Source: a virus (Duplodnaviria > Caudoviricetes). From it: 64,000 nucleotides of DNA. This document shows positions 8,679 through 17,840 of this stretch, one piece after another. A program made the translations under genes and the position numbers. The stretch covers positions 644 to 64,643 of the IMG/VR virus record IMGVR_UViG_3300045110_000158, one strand, 5' to 3'. The notes beneath the pieces were generated by a model that was given only the letters and a program-made list of their open reading frames with translations, ran no database searches and was not told the origin of the DNA. The first letter of the stretch is position 1, and the number at the start of each line of letters is the position of its first letter.

Positions 8679-10235
8679 CTATCGCACATGGTAGCTGTTG
8701 CGATCCGGTTGGCGCAGCCATGGCGCACCCTGGCGCTTCGCAGCGAGGCTGCCCGCGGGTAGACGATAACGTGTCTCGCGCTGGCGGTCACGATGGAAGA
8801 ACCGGCACATATAGCCAAATGCGTCGCCGGGATGGGAGTAGGGGTTCTTGTCCGGCTCGTACCCGCGCAGCGTCTCGCGCTTGAGATCGGCGGCGTACCT
8901 CCAACCCCCCTTGAGCGCACGGATCAGCATCTGACAGGAAGGGTCAATCTGCAGGGCCGGGCGACCCTCGATGAGCTGTGAGGTGTAATAGTCGATGGCG
9001 TCCAGGCGCAATGGAAAGCGATTGTTGGTCTCCACGTCCACGTCGTAGTGCTGGCGGAAAACCTTCACCACCGTGCGCTCGTCGGTCTGCGTTCGAGACG
9101 ACGCCGCCGGGTCAGCCGCAACAATGATGTTCGAGACCTGCGGGAACCGGTTTCGCAGCAGCGGCTGAAGTCGTTCCTTGATAAGACGTTCGGCCCCCAT
9201 GCCCTCCTGAGTCAGCTCCGCGAAGACTCTAATGCGTCCGTCGTAGTCCTGCTGCCCGAGGATCATGGCCGAGCCGGTGATCCCCGGATCGAGGCCAACG
9301 ATCAGCGGGAAATAAGGATTAGGAATCAAAGTATTGGGAAGGGCAACGTGGAGGTCGGCGCGAAACCCGGGAACTACTGCTTTGCCGGCGATCGAGAAGC
9401 CCCACTCGGCGTCGACGAACTGCCGGACCCAGATTTCACTCTTACCGGCGATCGCGTCGAGGTAATACTGTTTGCCACCAGGAAGGTTCTCCAGGTTCTC
9501 GGCGTCGGGCGATAGCCCTCCGGGCTGGTGGTAGTAGGACGCAATTGGTTCCATGGACGTCTGGGAGGGATCGGCGCCGATCCACATCGCCACGGCACCG
9601 ATCTGATCCGGAACTTGTTGGGGCGACGGGGCACCCGGCGGACGTCGGTATCTGCGAACAGCAGGACCGTGCAAATAATCGTACCACCACACGTCCTCCG
9701 TACCAGGGTTCGAGCTACCCCACATCCCCCAGATCGTGACAGGGGTCCCATCCGGTTGGCGGTAACGACCTAGCCGAGCGCTGAGCGCGTCGACGATCGC
9801 CTTCGGGATTTCCACGAACTCGTCAATAATAGCGAAGTTGATCTCAAGAGAAAGGACGCGCCGCACGTCGTCGGGAGTGTCGAGCGGCCGGAACAGCACG
9901 GTGCACTCGACGTCCCCGTAACGAAGTACGAATATCTTGTCGGTCGCGCTCCACTGCCCTGCGACGCCGTCTTTGAACCAGTACTCCCATGACGCGAGCG
10001 TGGTGTCCTTGAGCATCGGCAGAGTGTTACGGACGATGACGGCCTTAGTCCGTTTGATCCCGTCAGGAGACGGAGCCTGCTTCATCGCCATGAAGATGAG
10101 CTTGAAGAACAACGCAGTGGTCTTGGCGGAGCCCACAGGCCCCACGATCCAGTCATAGAACAAGCCCTGATCGCGATAGTCGCGAATGAACGCCCGCACC
10201 GTAGGCGAGGGTCGATAGTCGATTATGCTGGGCAT
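8679..10235 (-). CDS. terL: Terminase large subunit
   Basis: Walker A GPVGSAKTT, Walker B AIIDE, coupling motif SSNPG, nuclease GLDPG and HPGDAFGY. Confidence 0.92.
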   Translation of the reverse strand: MPSIIDYRPSPTVRAFIRDYRDQGLFYDWIVGPVGSAKTTALFFKLIFMAMKQAPSPDGIKRTKAVIVRNTLPMLKDTTLASWEYWFKDGVAGQWSATDKIFVLRYGDVECTVLFRPLDTPDDVRRVLSLEINFAIIDEFVEIPKAIVDALSARLGRYRQPDGTPVTIWGMWGSSNPGTEDVWWYDYLHGPAVRRYRRPPGAPSPQQVPDQIGAVAMWIGADPSQTSMEPIASYYHQPGGLSPDAENLENLPGGKQYYLDAIAGKSEIWVRQFVDAEWGFSIAGKAVVPGFRADLHVALPNTLIPNPYFPLIVGLDPGITGSAMILGQQDYDGRIRVFAELTQEGMGAERLIKERLQPLLRNRFPQVSNIIVAADPAASSRTQTDERTVVKVFRQHYDVDVETNNRFPLRLDAIDYYTSQLIEGRPALQIDPSCQMLIRALKGGWRYAADLKRETLRGYEPDKNPYSHPGDAFGYMCRFFHRDRQRETRYRLPAGSLAAKRQGAPWLRQPDRNSYHVR

Positions 10236-10236
10236 C

Positions 10237-10461
10237 TCATGACTTCTTCTCGGCGCAAGCCGCCATCGCTTTTTCCGTCATCCGCTCCCAAAGTTCCTGG
10301 TTCGCAATAAAACGATCACTTTGTTTGACTTGCAGATACGTCGTCATGCCGATGTAGAACAAGTTGAAAACCACCAGTGCCAGGATCACCGGTGTCGAGG
10401 CTAGGCTCTGGATCAGCGTGCGTGCTGTACCGCCCGCCTCTTCGGTCATGCCTGGGTTCAT
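10237..10461 (-). CDS. Single-TM membrane protein (lysis accessory?)
   Basis: MNPGMTEEAGG...PVILALVVFNLFYIG; paralogous to 13157-13621. Confidence 0.55.
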   Translation of the reverse strand: MNPGMTEEAGGTARTLIQSLASTPVILALVVFNLFYIGMTTYLQVKQSDRFIANQELWERMTEKAMAACAEKKS

Positions 10462-10655
10462 TAGTCGTCGATGCCCTTGGACGCTGGCGTCTTGTGGAAC
10501 TCGGAGCGGGTAGCGTCGACACGGGCATCGCGCTCCTCGAACTCCTTGTCGAACTCGTTGAGATCGCCCGAATAGCAGGGATCGTATTCGCCACCTTGCG
10601 GGCAATAGCCGTTGTCTTCAGGAGTTGTCGCGGTCGGGATTTTTGGAGCTGCCAT
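10461..10655 (-). CDS. Hypothetical protein
   Basis: 64 aa with SD AGGAG; coupled to the next gene. Confidence 0.55.
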   Translation of the reverse strand: MAAPKIPTATTPEDNGYCPQGGEYDPCYSGDLNEFDKEFEERDARVDATRSEFHKTPASKGIDD

Positions 10656-10715
10656 TTTGTTCTCCTGTTTTAATGTATTATGGATTCTACGTTTGTTCAG
10701 CTTCCGCCTTTGTTC

Positions 10716-10892
10716 TTACTTCTTCGCTGGAGGCGCGCCTTTGCGCAAGGGAAGCTTGGCGAGATCGGCCTTGCTCTTTTTCTTATCCGCCTCGATGAAG
10801 TCTTTACCGACACTCGGCGGGATGCCCAAGGTGGATTTTCCCGCTTTGGCAGCGAACATGGCGCCGCGTTGTTTCTTGCTTTCGCTGGGCAT
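10716..10892 (-). CDS. Small basic protein (58 aa, not in the ORF track)
   Basis: Translated manually: [58 protein letters not shown]; TGATG coupling. Confidence 0.65.
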   Translation of the reverse strand: MPSESKKQRGAMFAAKAGKSTLGIPPSVGKDFIEADKKKSKADLAKLPLRKGAPPAKK

Positions 10893-11086
10893 CAGTGCAG
10901 CCTCTTTATTTGTGTGAGTCTACCCTCCGACGCGCACGCGGTCAGCATGCCGCCGTTGAGCATCGGGCACAGCACGAACATCGCCTGTTCGATATCATCG
11001 GTCAGCATGCTCTCGTCGTCGACCATCTGGAACACGACCAGCGTGCCGTAGTCCGGGTGCTCGAAGATGATCGGTGCATAGGTCAT
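10892..11086 (-). CDS. Hypothetical protein
   Basis: 64 aa, coupled at both ends. Confidence 0.55.
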   Translation of the reverse strand: MTYAPIIFEHPDYGTLVVFQMVDDESMLTDDIEQAMFVLCPMLNGGMLTACASEGRLTQIKRLH

Positions 11087-12897
11087 CGCACTCGTCTTGC
11101 CGAGATGTAGCCGGTCGCCGTCGTCGCCGGCCCGAGCGCCACCAGGAACACTGTCGTGTTAACACTAACATTGAACCGGCACAGGCTGGTGTTGAAGTTC
11201 TGCGCCGCCTTGCCGTAGGTCAATGACTGATCGAACAGCGTACCAATGCCGGCCGCCAGTTGTGCGGGCGTCGGCAACGTGTTCGAGGTGTTGCTGACTG
11301 CCACGGCATAGCGCGTTCCGGCCGTAGCCGGCGACACGAAGTTGACGTTGCCGCCCACGGTCCAGTCACCGGGCGTCAGCACGAGCTGCCCGATGTTGAT
11401 GGGCGTGTTGAGCGTGAGGTTTACTGCTGTGGTGATCTGGGCTGACAACTGCTCGCCGACGTTGCCGGCGGCGGCGTTAGAACCGTCGGTCACTCCCTTG
11501 ATCGGCGCACGGCTCGTGTCGGTCGGGTGGACGTGATCGCCGCGCGCCCAGCTCGAACTGGTGCCCGCGGCTGCGTTGCCATCCATCGCAGGGATGGCAG
11601 CGGAGCCGACCGGCACGGCGCCGCCCGTGATGTATCCAGCCGGATTACTGGCGTCGTACTTTGTTGGATCGTGCGGGACAAAGATGAGATTGTCGGAGCC
11701 GAGAACAGCCTGATTGCCGACGTTGGCGCTGACCGAGCTTGGTCCGGCGGGGCCCGTGGGCCCGGGAGGGCCCGCCTGTCCTGGCGCGCCTACGATGCCC
11801 TGCGGTCCCTGCGGTCCCTGCTGGCCTGCGGGACCTGGGGCGCCTTGCGGTCCTTGTGGGCCTGCAGAGCCCTGATCGCCTACTGCTCCCGCCGGGCCCG
11901 CTGGACCAGGGCTACCATCCTGTCCAGCCGCTCCGGGGACACCATCTTGGCCAGCTGGTCCAGGTGAGCCTGCTGGACCTGCTGGTCCGACATCACCGGC
12001 GGGGCCGGGAACTCCAGGTGAGCCGGCTGGGCCCGGGGGACCAGCATCTCCCGGTGAGCCAGCGGGGCCAATGGGGCCAGGGGGGCCAATCTCTCCCGCG
12101 GGGCCTGCTGGGCCAGCTGGGCCAGCCTCTCCTGCCGGGCCTGCCTCTCCTTGAGAACCTGCCTGTCCTGCTGGGCCAGCCGCTCCATCCGCTCCTGCGG
12201 GTCCGGGCGTGCCGGGCGTTCCGGCCGGGCCAGTCTGGCCTGGCGGTCCGGGCGGTCCGGGTGGTCCACCTGGCGCTCCATCTGCTCCTGCGGGGCCGGT
12301 CGCTCCGGGTGGCCCCTCGGGGCCGGCCGGGCCGGGCGCTCCGTCTGCGCCGGGCGCGCCCACTTCACCAGGTAGACCGGGCACACCGGGTGTTCCTGCA
12401 GGGCCGGATTGTCCTTGAGGTCCTGCGGGTCCCGCGGGGCCGGGAGGACCATCTTGCCCTGGACTACCTTGGGGGCCTTCTGGCCCCACGGGACCACTAT
12501 CTCCACCCACTCCGGGTGGGCCGGGAGGGCCGGCGGGGCCTGGAGGTCCTTCTGGACCTGGTGGGCCAACTGTTCCACCTCCTGAGGAGAGTGCGGACCA
12601 GGAAGCACTTTGTCGTCCATAAATCTCTCCATCGGTTGGAGCTTCCGGGATGCCTCCACCTCCGGCGCCGCCGCTTCCTGCGGGGGTGTCGCTGAAAACC
12701 CAGCGGGTCTTTTCACGCTTTGGGTCTGGATAGACAGCAACCAATGACCAGCCTTGCTGACCCTCGACGTTGAGGTCCGCTTCCGAACCACTCGGTTCAC
12801 TGGGAGCCCACGGGTGGTCCACTACTCTGTAGTTTACAGGCCCGCTTTGCGGGGTTGGCTTGGGCTTGTCGGGCTTGCTGGTGGGTGTGTCACTCAT
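11083..12897 (-). CDS. Collagen-like fibre protein
   Basis: Long Gly-X-Y run (about 11735-12570), [12 protein letters not shown] motif, C-terminal WARGDHVHP and [15 protein letters not shown] fibre motifs. Confidence 0.85.
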   Translation of the reverse strand: MSDTPTSKPDKPKPTPQSGPVNYRVVDHPWAPSEPSGSEADLNVEGQQGWSLVAVYPDPKREKTRWVFSDTPAGSGGAGGGGIPEAPTDGEIYGRQSASWSALSSGGGTVGPPGPEGPPGPAGPPGPPGVGGDSGPVGPEGPQGSPGQDGPPGPAGPAGPQGQSGPAGTPGVPGLPGEVGAPGADGAPGPAGPEGPPGATGPAGADGAPGGPPGPPGPPGQTGPAGTPGTPGPAGADGAAGPAGQAGSQGEAGPAGEAGPAGPAGPAGEIGPPGPIGPAGSPGDAGPPGPAGSPGVPGPAGDVGPAGPAGSPGPAGQDGVPGAAGQDGSPGPAGPAGAVGDQGSAGPQGPQGAPGPAGQQGPQGPQGIVGAPGQAGPPGPTGPAGPSSVSANVGNQAVLGSDNLIFVPHDPTKYDASNPAGYITGGAVPVGSAAIPAMDGNAAAGTSSSWARGDHVHPTDTSRAPIKGVTDGSNAAAGNVGEQLSAQITTAVNLTLNTPINIGQLVLTPGDWTVGGNVNFVSPATAGTRYAVAVSNTSNTLPTPAQLAAGIGTLFDQSLTYGKAAQNFNTSLCRFNVSVNTTVFLVALGPATTATGYISARRVR

Positions 12898-13160
12898 CGG
12901 CTGAAAATCCAGCGGGTCTTTTCGCGCTGCGGGTCCGGATAGATGGCAAGCAACCGCCAGCCATCCTGGCCGATCTCGGTCAGCGCCGCTTCGGTATTGT
13001 CAGGTTCCATAGGGGACCATGGGTGGTCGACCACCTTGTATTCGACTGGCGCGCCAACGCTGCGCACCTCGGCGTGCGCGCGCGGGGATGAAGACATCGA
13101 GACGCTCGCTGACGATGAGGCTGATACCGATACTTGCCGATTGCCAGGTGTGTCGGTCAC
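12894..13160 (-). CDS. Stand-alone copy of the collagen protein N-terminal domain (DUF4177-like)
   Basis: [11 protein letters not shown]...[24 protein letters not shown] versus [11 protein letters not shown]...[24 protein letters not shown]. Confidence 0.75.
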   Translation of the reverse strand: MTDTPGNRQVSVSASSSASVSMSSSPRAHAEVRSVGAPVEYKVVDHPWSPMEPDNTEAALTEIGQDGWRLLAIYPDPQREKTRWIFSR

Positions 13161-13621
13161 TTGGGCTCCTCGGGCTTGGGGTTAGTCTGCGGTGACGTCG
13201 GCGGCGCCGGCTCTTCGGGCTTCGCTTCAGGCTTGAGGTCCAGCGGCGCAGGAGGCTCCAGCGGCCAGAACCGCAGCGGCGTGATCTTTGGAAAGGAGAA
13301 CGGCGGCCAGTTCTGAGGCTGTACCCGCGGCGGCAGCTGAAGGAGCTTGATCGCGTCTTCGGGCAGGATGCAATGCATGGTCTTCTCGGTCAGGAGCTGC
13401 TGGTCCTTGACCACGACGGCCCACTGCTTGAAGACGTTATCCTGCGCCACGAAGAGTTCTTTGACTGTCTTCTCGGCGCGGCTTGCAATGATCGACACAT
13501 AATAAAAAAGGAAGATCAGAAACGCGATGTTGAGGACGATGTTGGCTAGCGCCAGCGGGTTGGCGCGCAGCGCGTCGACCACGCCACCGGCAGTCTTGAC
13601 GCCTTCTTCGAGGACACCCAT
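13157..13621 (-). CDS. Single-TM protein with Pro-rich tail
   Basis: TM segment PLALANIVLNIAFLIFLFYYV; GGAGG SD. Confidence 0.6.
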   Translation of the reverse strand: MGVLEEGVKTAGGVVDALRANPLALANIVLNIAFLIFLFYYVSIIASRAEKTVKELFVAQDNVFKQWAVVVKDQQLLTEKTMHCILPEDAIKLLQLPPRVQPQNWPPFSFPKITPLRFWPLEPPAPLDLKPEAKPEEPAPPTSPQTNPKPEEPK

Positions 13622-13660
13622 CGCAGACCTCCATCTGCTCAGGGTATACCATGATTGCGT

Positions 13661-14116
13661 TTAGTCACCCAGGTGCAGGTTGATCGTCAGCCCGGCAACC
13701 GCCAGCGCCGATGCTTGGGCGTTGGCCCGCGCCTTCTGCTCGACGCTGGCGTCCAGTCCGGCGCAGCGAACCGTGAACATGATCAGCTGCGCCTTCACTG
13801 ACGCGGAGACCTGATCCAGGGGTTTGTGGATCAGCGCCCAGGAGGTCTTGAGCAGCTCCTCGCTTTGGGCGCGCGCCTTGAGCTTGAAGCTGGCGCCGTC
13901 TTCCTTGAGGGTCTCGGTGGCTTCGAGCACGGCGCGGCGGAACGCCGGGTCGGCCTTGAGGCGACCGTACTCGAACTTGTCGATGCCGTAGGCGGCGCAG
14001 ATATCCCTGACGGGCTGCTGCGCGAGCGCGAGTTCCAGCGGCAAAGAAGGCGGCCAACCCAAGGAAGCGGGATCGGCCGTGAGGTCCATGAACTGAGCAG
14101 GGAGGTTAGCGCTCAT
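13661..14116 (-). CDS. Putative terminase small subunit
   Basis: First gene of the late arm; N-terminal HTH-like segment (VRDICAAYGID), helical core, C-terminal beta strand LTINLHLG. Confidence 0.5.
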   Translation of the reverse strand: MSANLPAQFMDLTADPASLGWPPSLPLELALAQQPVRDICAAYGIDKFEYGRLKADPAFRRAVLEATETLKEDGASFKLKARAQSEELLKTSWALIHKPLDQVSASVKAQLIMFTVRCAGLDASVEQKARANAQASALAVAGLTINLHLGD

Positions 14117-14349
14117 GCGGTGATTTATAGCACGCTTCGTTTTGATGGGTAGACACCCACAAAAATCTTTTCCCGGCATTTGGCCTTGCAGTGTAAGCTA
14201 TATACTGGTGTATAGGATGATTTAGGGGATTTTCAGGAAAAATATCTGGGCGATGGGCAAAGGCCCGCAGGCACCCGCGAGCGATCCCCTTGGTGCCCTT
14301 GCTCTGCCAGATAAGAATTACTCCATAGGCTAGGGGTAGAGCGGGATGA

Positions 14350-14370
14350 GGTGTAACATCGTGTAACACC
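14350..14370. repeat. 21-bp palindrome copy 1
   Basis: ggtgtaacatcgtgtaacacc, 5 bp upstream of a -35 box. Confidence 0.85.
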
Positions 14371-14375
14371 TCGAT

Positions 14376-14404
14376 TTGACACAAGCTATGCACCATGCTA
14401 TTGT
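14376..14404 (+). promoter_or_regulatory. Sigma70-like promoter
   Basis: TTGACA-17 bp-TATTGT upstream of 14462. Confidence 0.6.
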
Positions 14405-14461
14405 TTGATTGCTGGCACGGAATGCCAGTGCAACAGCCCTGTAGGGCAGAAAGAGTGACTT

Positions 14462-15121
14462 ATGACAAACGTTCAATCGATCGTGACTCCCGCGACCAAT
14501 GGCGCAATCCATGCCAAGACCAATGGCAAGGCTAAGGCCAAGGCCAACGGCTCGACATCGCTAACGCCAGCCCAAGCTATCGACATTGCCTTTGAGTATG
14601 GGCAGACCATGGCAGGGCAGGACGGCGCCTTGACTAGTGCCTTCGCCACGTTCAAGGCGAACGATAAGGTAATCGCTGATATGGTCCAAGCTTTGACGGA
14701 AGGTTACTTTGTCCGGAAGCTTAGCTATGACCGGGATGAGGCAAAGCGGGTTATTGGCTTGAAAAAGTACAATCAACTCAACCCTGCTAAGAATACCGAT
14801 GACAACCGGACGGCGGAGCAAGAACGGGTTATGACGGCCGTTCGCGTCCTAGTCTCCCGTGCCAAGCGCATGGCAGGGATCACGGAAGCCAAGGCGGACA
14901 CGGCCGTCAAGGCGGAGCAAGTCAAGGCGGAGAAAGAGGCGCACGAACAGCGCTTGATCAAGGCCGATGAGATCATCAATCCTCCGGACGACGTCGACGC
15001 TTTCGACGCTCTCAACCGGATGGTGCTTTCGATGAAAGCAATCCAGAAAAAGTATGCCGCAAAGCTTGTCGGGGATCGCGGCTCGGAATGGCGCGATTGG
15101 CTCGCCAACGCTCCGCGCTAA
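14462..15121 (+). CDS. Hypothetical early protein
   Basis: 219-aa helical ORF with its own promoter and terminator. Confidence 0.75.
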   Translation: MTNVQSIVTPATNGAIHAKTNGKAKAKANGSTSLTPAQAIDIAFEYGQTMAGQDGALTSAFATFKANDKVIADMVQALTEGYFVRKLSYDRDEAKRVIGLKKYNQLNPAKNTDDNRTAEQERVMTAVRVLVSRAKRMAGITEAKADTAVKAEQVKAEKEAHEQRLIKADEIINPPDDVDAFDALNRMVLSMKAIQKKYAAKLVGDRGSEWRDWLANAPR

Positions 15122-15139
15122 GCCTAGCCTAGCCTACTG

Positions 15140-15167
15140 CCCCGCGGCGAAAGCCGCGGGGTTTTTT
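15140..15167 (+). terminator. Rho-independent terminator
   Basis: ccccgcggc-gaaa-gccgcgggg followed by T6. Confidence 0.9.
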
Positions 15168-15262
15168 GCGTTTCGGCGCCATCACCTAATCCAATGCGCT
15201 AACACGTGACGCAAAACGACGGTATCTAAATACAAGGAAGTTTACAGTGCACTATACTAATA

Positions 15263-15283
15263 GGTGTTACATGATGTAACACC
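15263..15283. repeat. 21-bp palindrome copy 2
   Basis: ggtgttacatgatgtaacacc (perfect). Confidence 0.95.
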
Positions 15284-15737
15284 TGTTTCGTATTAGCATA
15301 TGCGAACAGATGGTTGATTTTAGCGTTAACGCTTACAACGCGCTACCATATGCGCTCTTTTTGTGCCGTTGAAAGGCGCAATGTGCCGCACTTTGTGAAT
15401 CCTTGTGCCGTGAAAAGTTTAATGATTTCAATACCATGTGCCTTTGTGCTGTTTGTGCCGTTCCAAAACAGGCCCCCCCCCTTTTTTGAGTATCCAAACG
15501 GGTTGAGCCGTGAGCCCTGCCAAGTACTATATTTAACTACGTGTAAATAAAATATAATATAAGATATAGGATGTAGAGTGATTGTGGCGAAATAAAGATA
15601 TGGGGGGGGGCTTGTTTTGCACGGCACAGCGGCACAATCGCTCAAACCTAATGATATCAATAACTTACGTGGCACAGACTTTTCAATCAACGGAACAATA
15701 CGCTCAATCAATGACTTAGCGTGTATCACAATCTGGA
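15284..15737. other. Putative replication origin or packaging-control region
   Basis: Non-coding and AT-rich; TGTGCC repeats on the left, GGCACA on the right; two WATCAANNNNTTR (IHF consensus) matches at 15655 and 15706. Confidence 0.5.
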
Positions 15738-15931
15738 GGTGTTACATGATGTAACACCTTCTGCAGGTAGAGCCGTGCACTGCGCGCCTTGTATCTGTCG
15801 TTGCTGTTGAGGATCGCGCGCACCGTACACAGCGCAGCGAGTAGACTATCGATCTCGCCTTGCCTCGATTGCTGGCCATTGGCGAACGCCGCACGCTCCG
15901 CCGCGTTGGTCGCGGCGTAATCCTGATCCAT
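15716..15931 (-). CDS. Hypothetical protein
   Basis: 71 aa, leftward; starts 3 nt after the stop of 15935-16072. Confidence 0.45.
   Translation of the reverse strand: MDQDYAATNAAERAAFANGQQSRQGEIDSLLAALCTVRAILNSNDRYKARSARLYLQKVLHHVTPPDCDTR
15738..15758. repeat. 21-bp palindrome copy 3
   Basis: ggtgttacatgatgtaacacc (perfect). Confidence 0.95.
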
Positions 15932-15934
15932 GTA

Positions 15935-16072
15935 CTAGCTCCAATGCCAGAAGCGGCAGAATGCAAATACGATCAGGCACCACATTGGGATCGCCATCAG
16001 GCACCCGTTGCGCAAGCCTACGAAAAATCTCAGCGGATCATCGTCATCCCAGTCTTCCCAGTTTTTAGGCAT
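15935..16072 (-). CDS. Small membrane protein (45 aa)
   Basis: MPKNWEDWDDDDPLRFFVGLRNGCLMAIPMWCLIVFAFCRFWHWS; GGGGAG SD. Confidence 0.5.
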   Translation of the reverse strand: MPKNWEDWDDDDPLRFFVGLRNGCLMAIPMWCLIVFAFCRFWHWS

Positions 16073-16231
16073 GGTGAGGTCTCCCCACCTAAGTGAGCCC
16101 AGCCCTCGCCCTCAATCTGGTTTGACCGTACACCTATCCCCATGATAATAAAAATGCGGCAAGCCACGAGAGCGTCATCTCGTGGCTTGCCTGACCACAA
16201 TCCGTGCTCCGTATAGGGACAGGCACAGACC

Positions 16232-16615
16232 ATGGCTGAGATTCCCCTAGACCATTTTTTCAATGTTGTCTGCCGCGAGATCGCTGATGAGCACGATCTC
16301 CTCCGCAACGCAATCATCCACTACGTGACAGCCAGCTCCCAGCTTCCACGGCTGCGCCGGGCAGCACAGGCATGGCAGCCTCGCACACCTATTCACCACA
16401 AATATAAGCGCCTGATGCTTGCGAAGGATTTACAGCCTCTCACGCGAGACCAACTCACCCCAGAAGTGGTAGCGCTGATGCGAACACTTCAGGACTGGCT
16501 GCGCACCAATTGGTATCAGAAGGGTGAGATTATGTTTAACAAACAATTGGCAGCAAGAGACCCAACACACGCGACATGGGGCAACGCAGCAACAAAGGAG
16601 CCGACACATGGCTGA
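16232..16615 (+). CDS. Hypothetical protein
   Basis: 127-aa ORF heading a tightly packed run. Confidence 0.6.
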   Translation: MAEIPLDHFFNVVCREIADEHDLLRNAIIHYVTASSQLPRLRRAAQAWQPRTPIHHKYKRLMLAKDLQPLTRDQLTPEVVALMRTLQDWLRTNWYQKGEIMFNKQLAARDPTHATWGNAATKEPTHG

Positions 16616-16847
16616 CCGCGACACACCAATGAGCAAAGTCCTGAGCAACGTCGAGCAGGAATTACAAAACTTGCCCGCACCTCCGACACGAACACCAAGC
16701 CAGAACGTTGAAGCCTTCGCTCCACAGAAGTACCGCGAACGCAGCGACACTATGGAACAAATCCAGCAGGACTTCCGCAAGGCAGTCGCTGAGATGGAGC
16801 AACGCTTCAAGGCGCTCGCTGACGAACTCAAGCGCATCACGGGTTGA
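16608..16847 (+). CDS. Hypothetical coiled-coil protein
   Basis: AAGGAG SD; start MADRDTP. Confidence 0.6.
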   Translation: MADRDTPMSKVLSNVEQELQNLPAPPTRTPSQNVEAFAPQKYRERSDTMEQIQQDFRKAVAEMEQRFKALADELKRITG

Positions 16848-16851
16848 ACCC

Positions 16852-17064
16852 ATGCTCTGGCCCTTTGGACGAAACAACGTTCGCAAAGCGATCCAGACCA
16901 CCAAGCTCGCAGCTATCCTAAACCAGCTGCCGGCCGAAACCTGGGTTACCACCAATCAGGTGGAGAACCTCGTCGTCACCGACAAGGCAGGCGAGGAGCT
17001 GGGTTACATCGACTTGGCGGAGGACGTCTACGAGCTGTTCGACAAGAACAAACAAATCCAATGA
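16852..17064 (+). CDS. Hypothetical protein
   Basis: Start MLWPFG; packed between neighbours. Confidence 0.55.
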   Translation: MLWPFGRNNVRKAIQTTKLAAILNQLPAETWVTTNQVENLVVTDKAGEELGYIDLAEDVYELFDKNKQIQ

Positions 17065-17164
17065 CGATCATGTGGTGGATTGGCTTGATCGCAAGCGTCA
17101 TCGTCGTAGCCACGCTTGGCCTGACCGTCTGGCACCTGTTGTCTGAGCAAGAGTGGGATGAGCG

Positions 17165-17368
17165 ATGAGCGAACGTGGACACTTCCGAGTGCCGCGGCCC
17201 GAGCAGTGGGCTAAGCTGCCACTCAAGCTCAGGCAACGCTGGTGGCGTGAAACCGACTACGGCAGCAAAGCACCGAACGATGCGCTAATCAAAGCAATAC
17301 GAGAAGCAGCAGAAGCACACGATGCACCACGTAACCCCGCCGACCGAACAACAGCAACAAAGGATTGA
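17165..17368 (+). CDS. Hypothetical protein
   Basis: 67 aa, Trp-rich. Confidence 0.5.
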   Translation: MSERGHFRVPRPEQWAKLPLKLRQRWWRETDYGSKAPNDALIKAIREAAEAHDAPRNPADRTTATKD

Positions 17369-17504
17369 TGCCGCTAAAGCGGCAGCAGACATCTATGCTC
17401 AAACCATCGACGCATTGATTCCTGATGGACCTCACAAGCGTACAGTCATGCTCAAGCTGCGAACAGTGGCGTTGGTAATCAACGAAGTAATCACGCATAC
17501 TTAA
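17322..17504 (+). CDS. Acb2/Tad1-like helical hairpin protein (divergent)
   Basis: PTEQQQQRI..AKAAA..YA..I...IPDGPHK...LKLRTVAL.IN..IT pattern. Confidence 0.4.
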   Translation: MHHVTPPTEQQQQRIDAAKAAADIYAQTIDALIPDGPHKRTVMLKLRTVALVINEVITHT

Positions 17505-17515
17505 CAACCTAAAGA

Positions 17516-17536
17516 GGTGTTACACGATGTAACACC
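17516..17536. repeat. 21-bp palindrome copy 4
   Basis: ggtgttacacgatgtaacacc. Confidence 0.95.
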
Positions 17537-17542
17537 TTGGAG

Positions 17543-17794
17543 ATGGCAGCGACCATGACCGCATCAGCCTTCGACCCGGTAAGGGCAGCCAAGGAAGAGC
17601 TTGTCGGCTTGAACGAAATGCAGCGTGTGCTCAAGGCTCGCGAGCGCGAATGCGAAGAAGCAATGAGCAAAGCAGAGCAAGAGCTAAACGCTATACGCAA
17701 GATCACCGGCTATGTTAAAGTATCTATGCAGACGATCGCACTGCGCATCGCGGAGCTGGAAAAACGTGCGAGAGAAACAGGCCAGACGCCTTAG
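17543..17794 (+). CDS. Hypothetical coiled-coil protein
   Basis: Heptad-like pattern; start uncertain. Confidence 0.55.
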   Translation: MAATMTASAFDPVRAAKEELVGLNEMQRVLKARERECEEAMSKAEQELNAIRKITGYVKVSMQTIALRIAELEKRARETGQTP

Positions 17795-17840
17795 CAAGGC
17801 GCGACAGCAACGCGACTATGAACGTGCCAAGGAACGCAAT

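Noticed and set aside
15263-15283. Palindrome as canonical parS or matS
   Set aside because: Differs from parS (TGTTTCACGTGAAACA) and has a longer spacer than matS (GTGACRNYGTCAC)
15314-15729. ORFs 15314-15550 (+) and 15343-15729 (-)
   Set aside because: They cross the AT-rich repeat region with atypical composition; more likely non-coding
17318-17338. Possible 11th palindrome copy encoding MHHVTPP
   Set aside because: Only about 13 of 20 positions match and symmetry is lost; it may be a decayed site but cannot be supported
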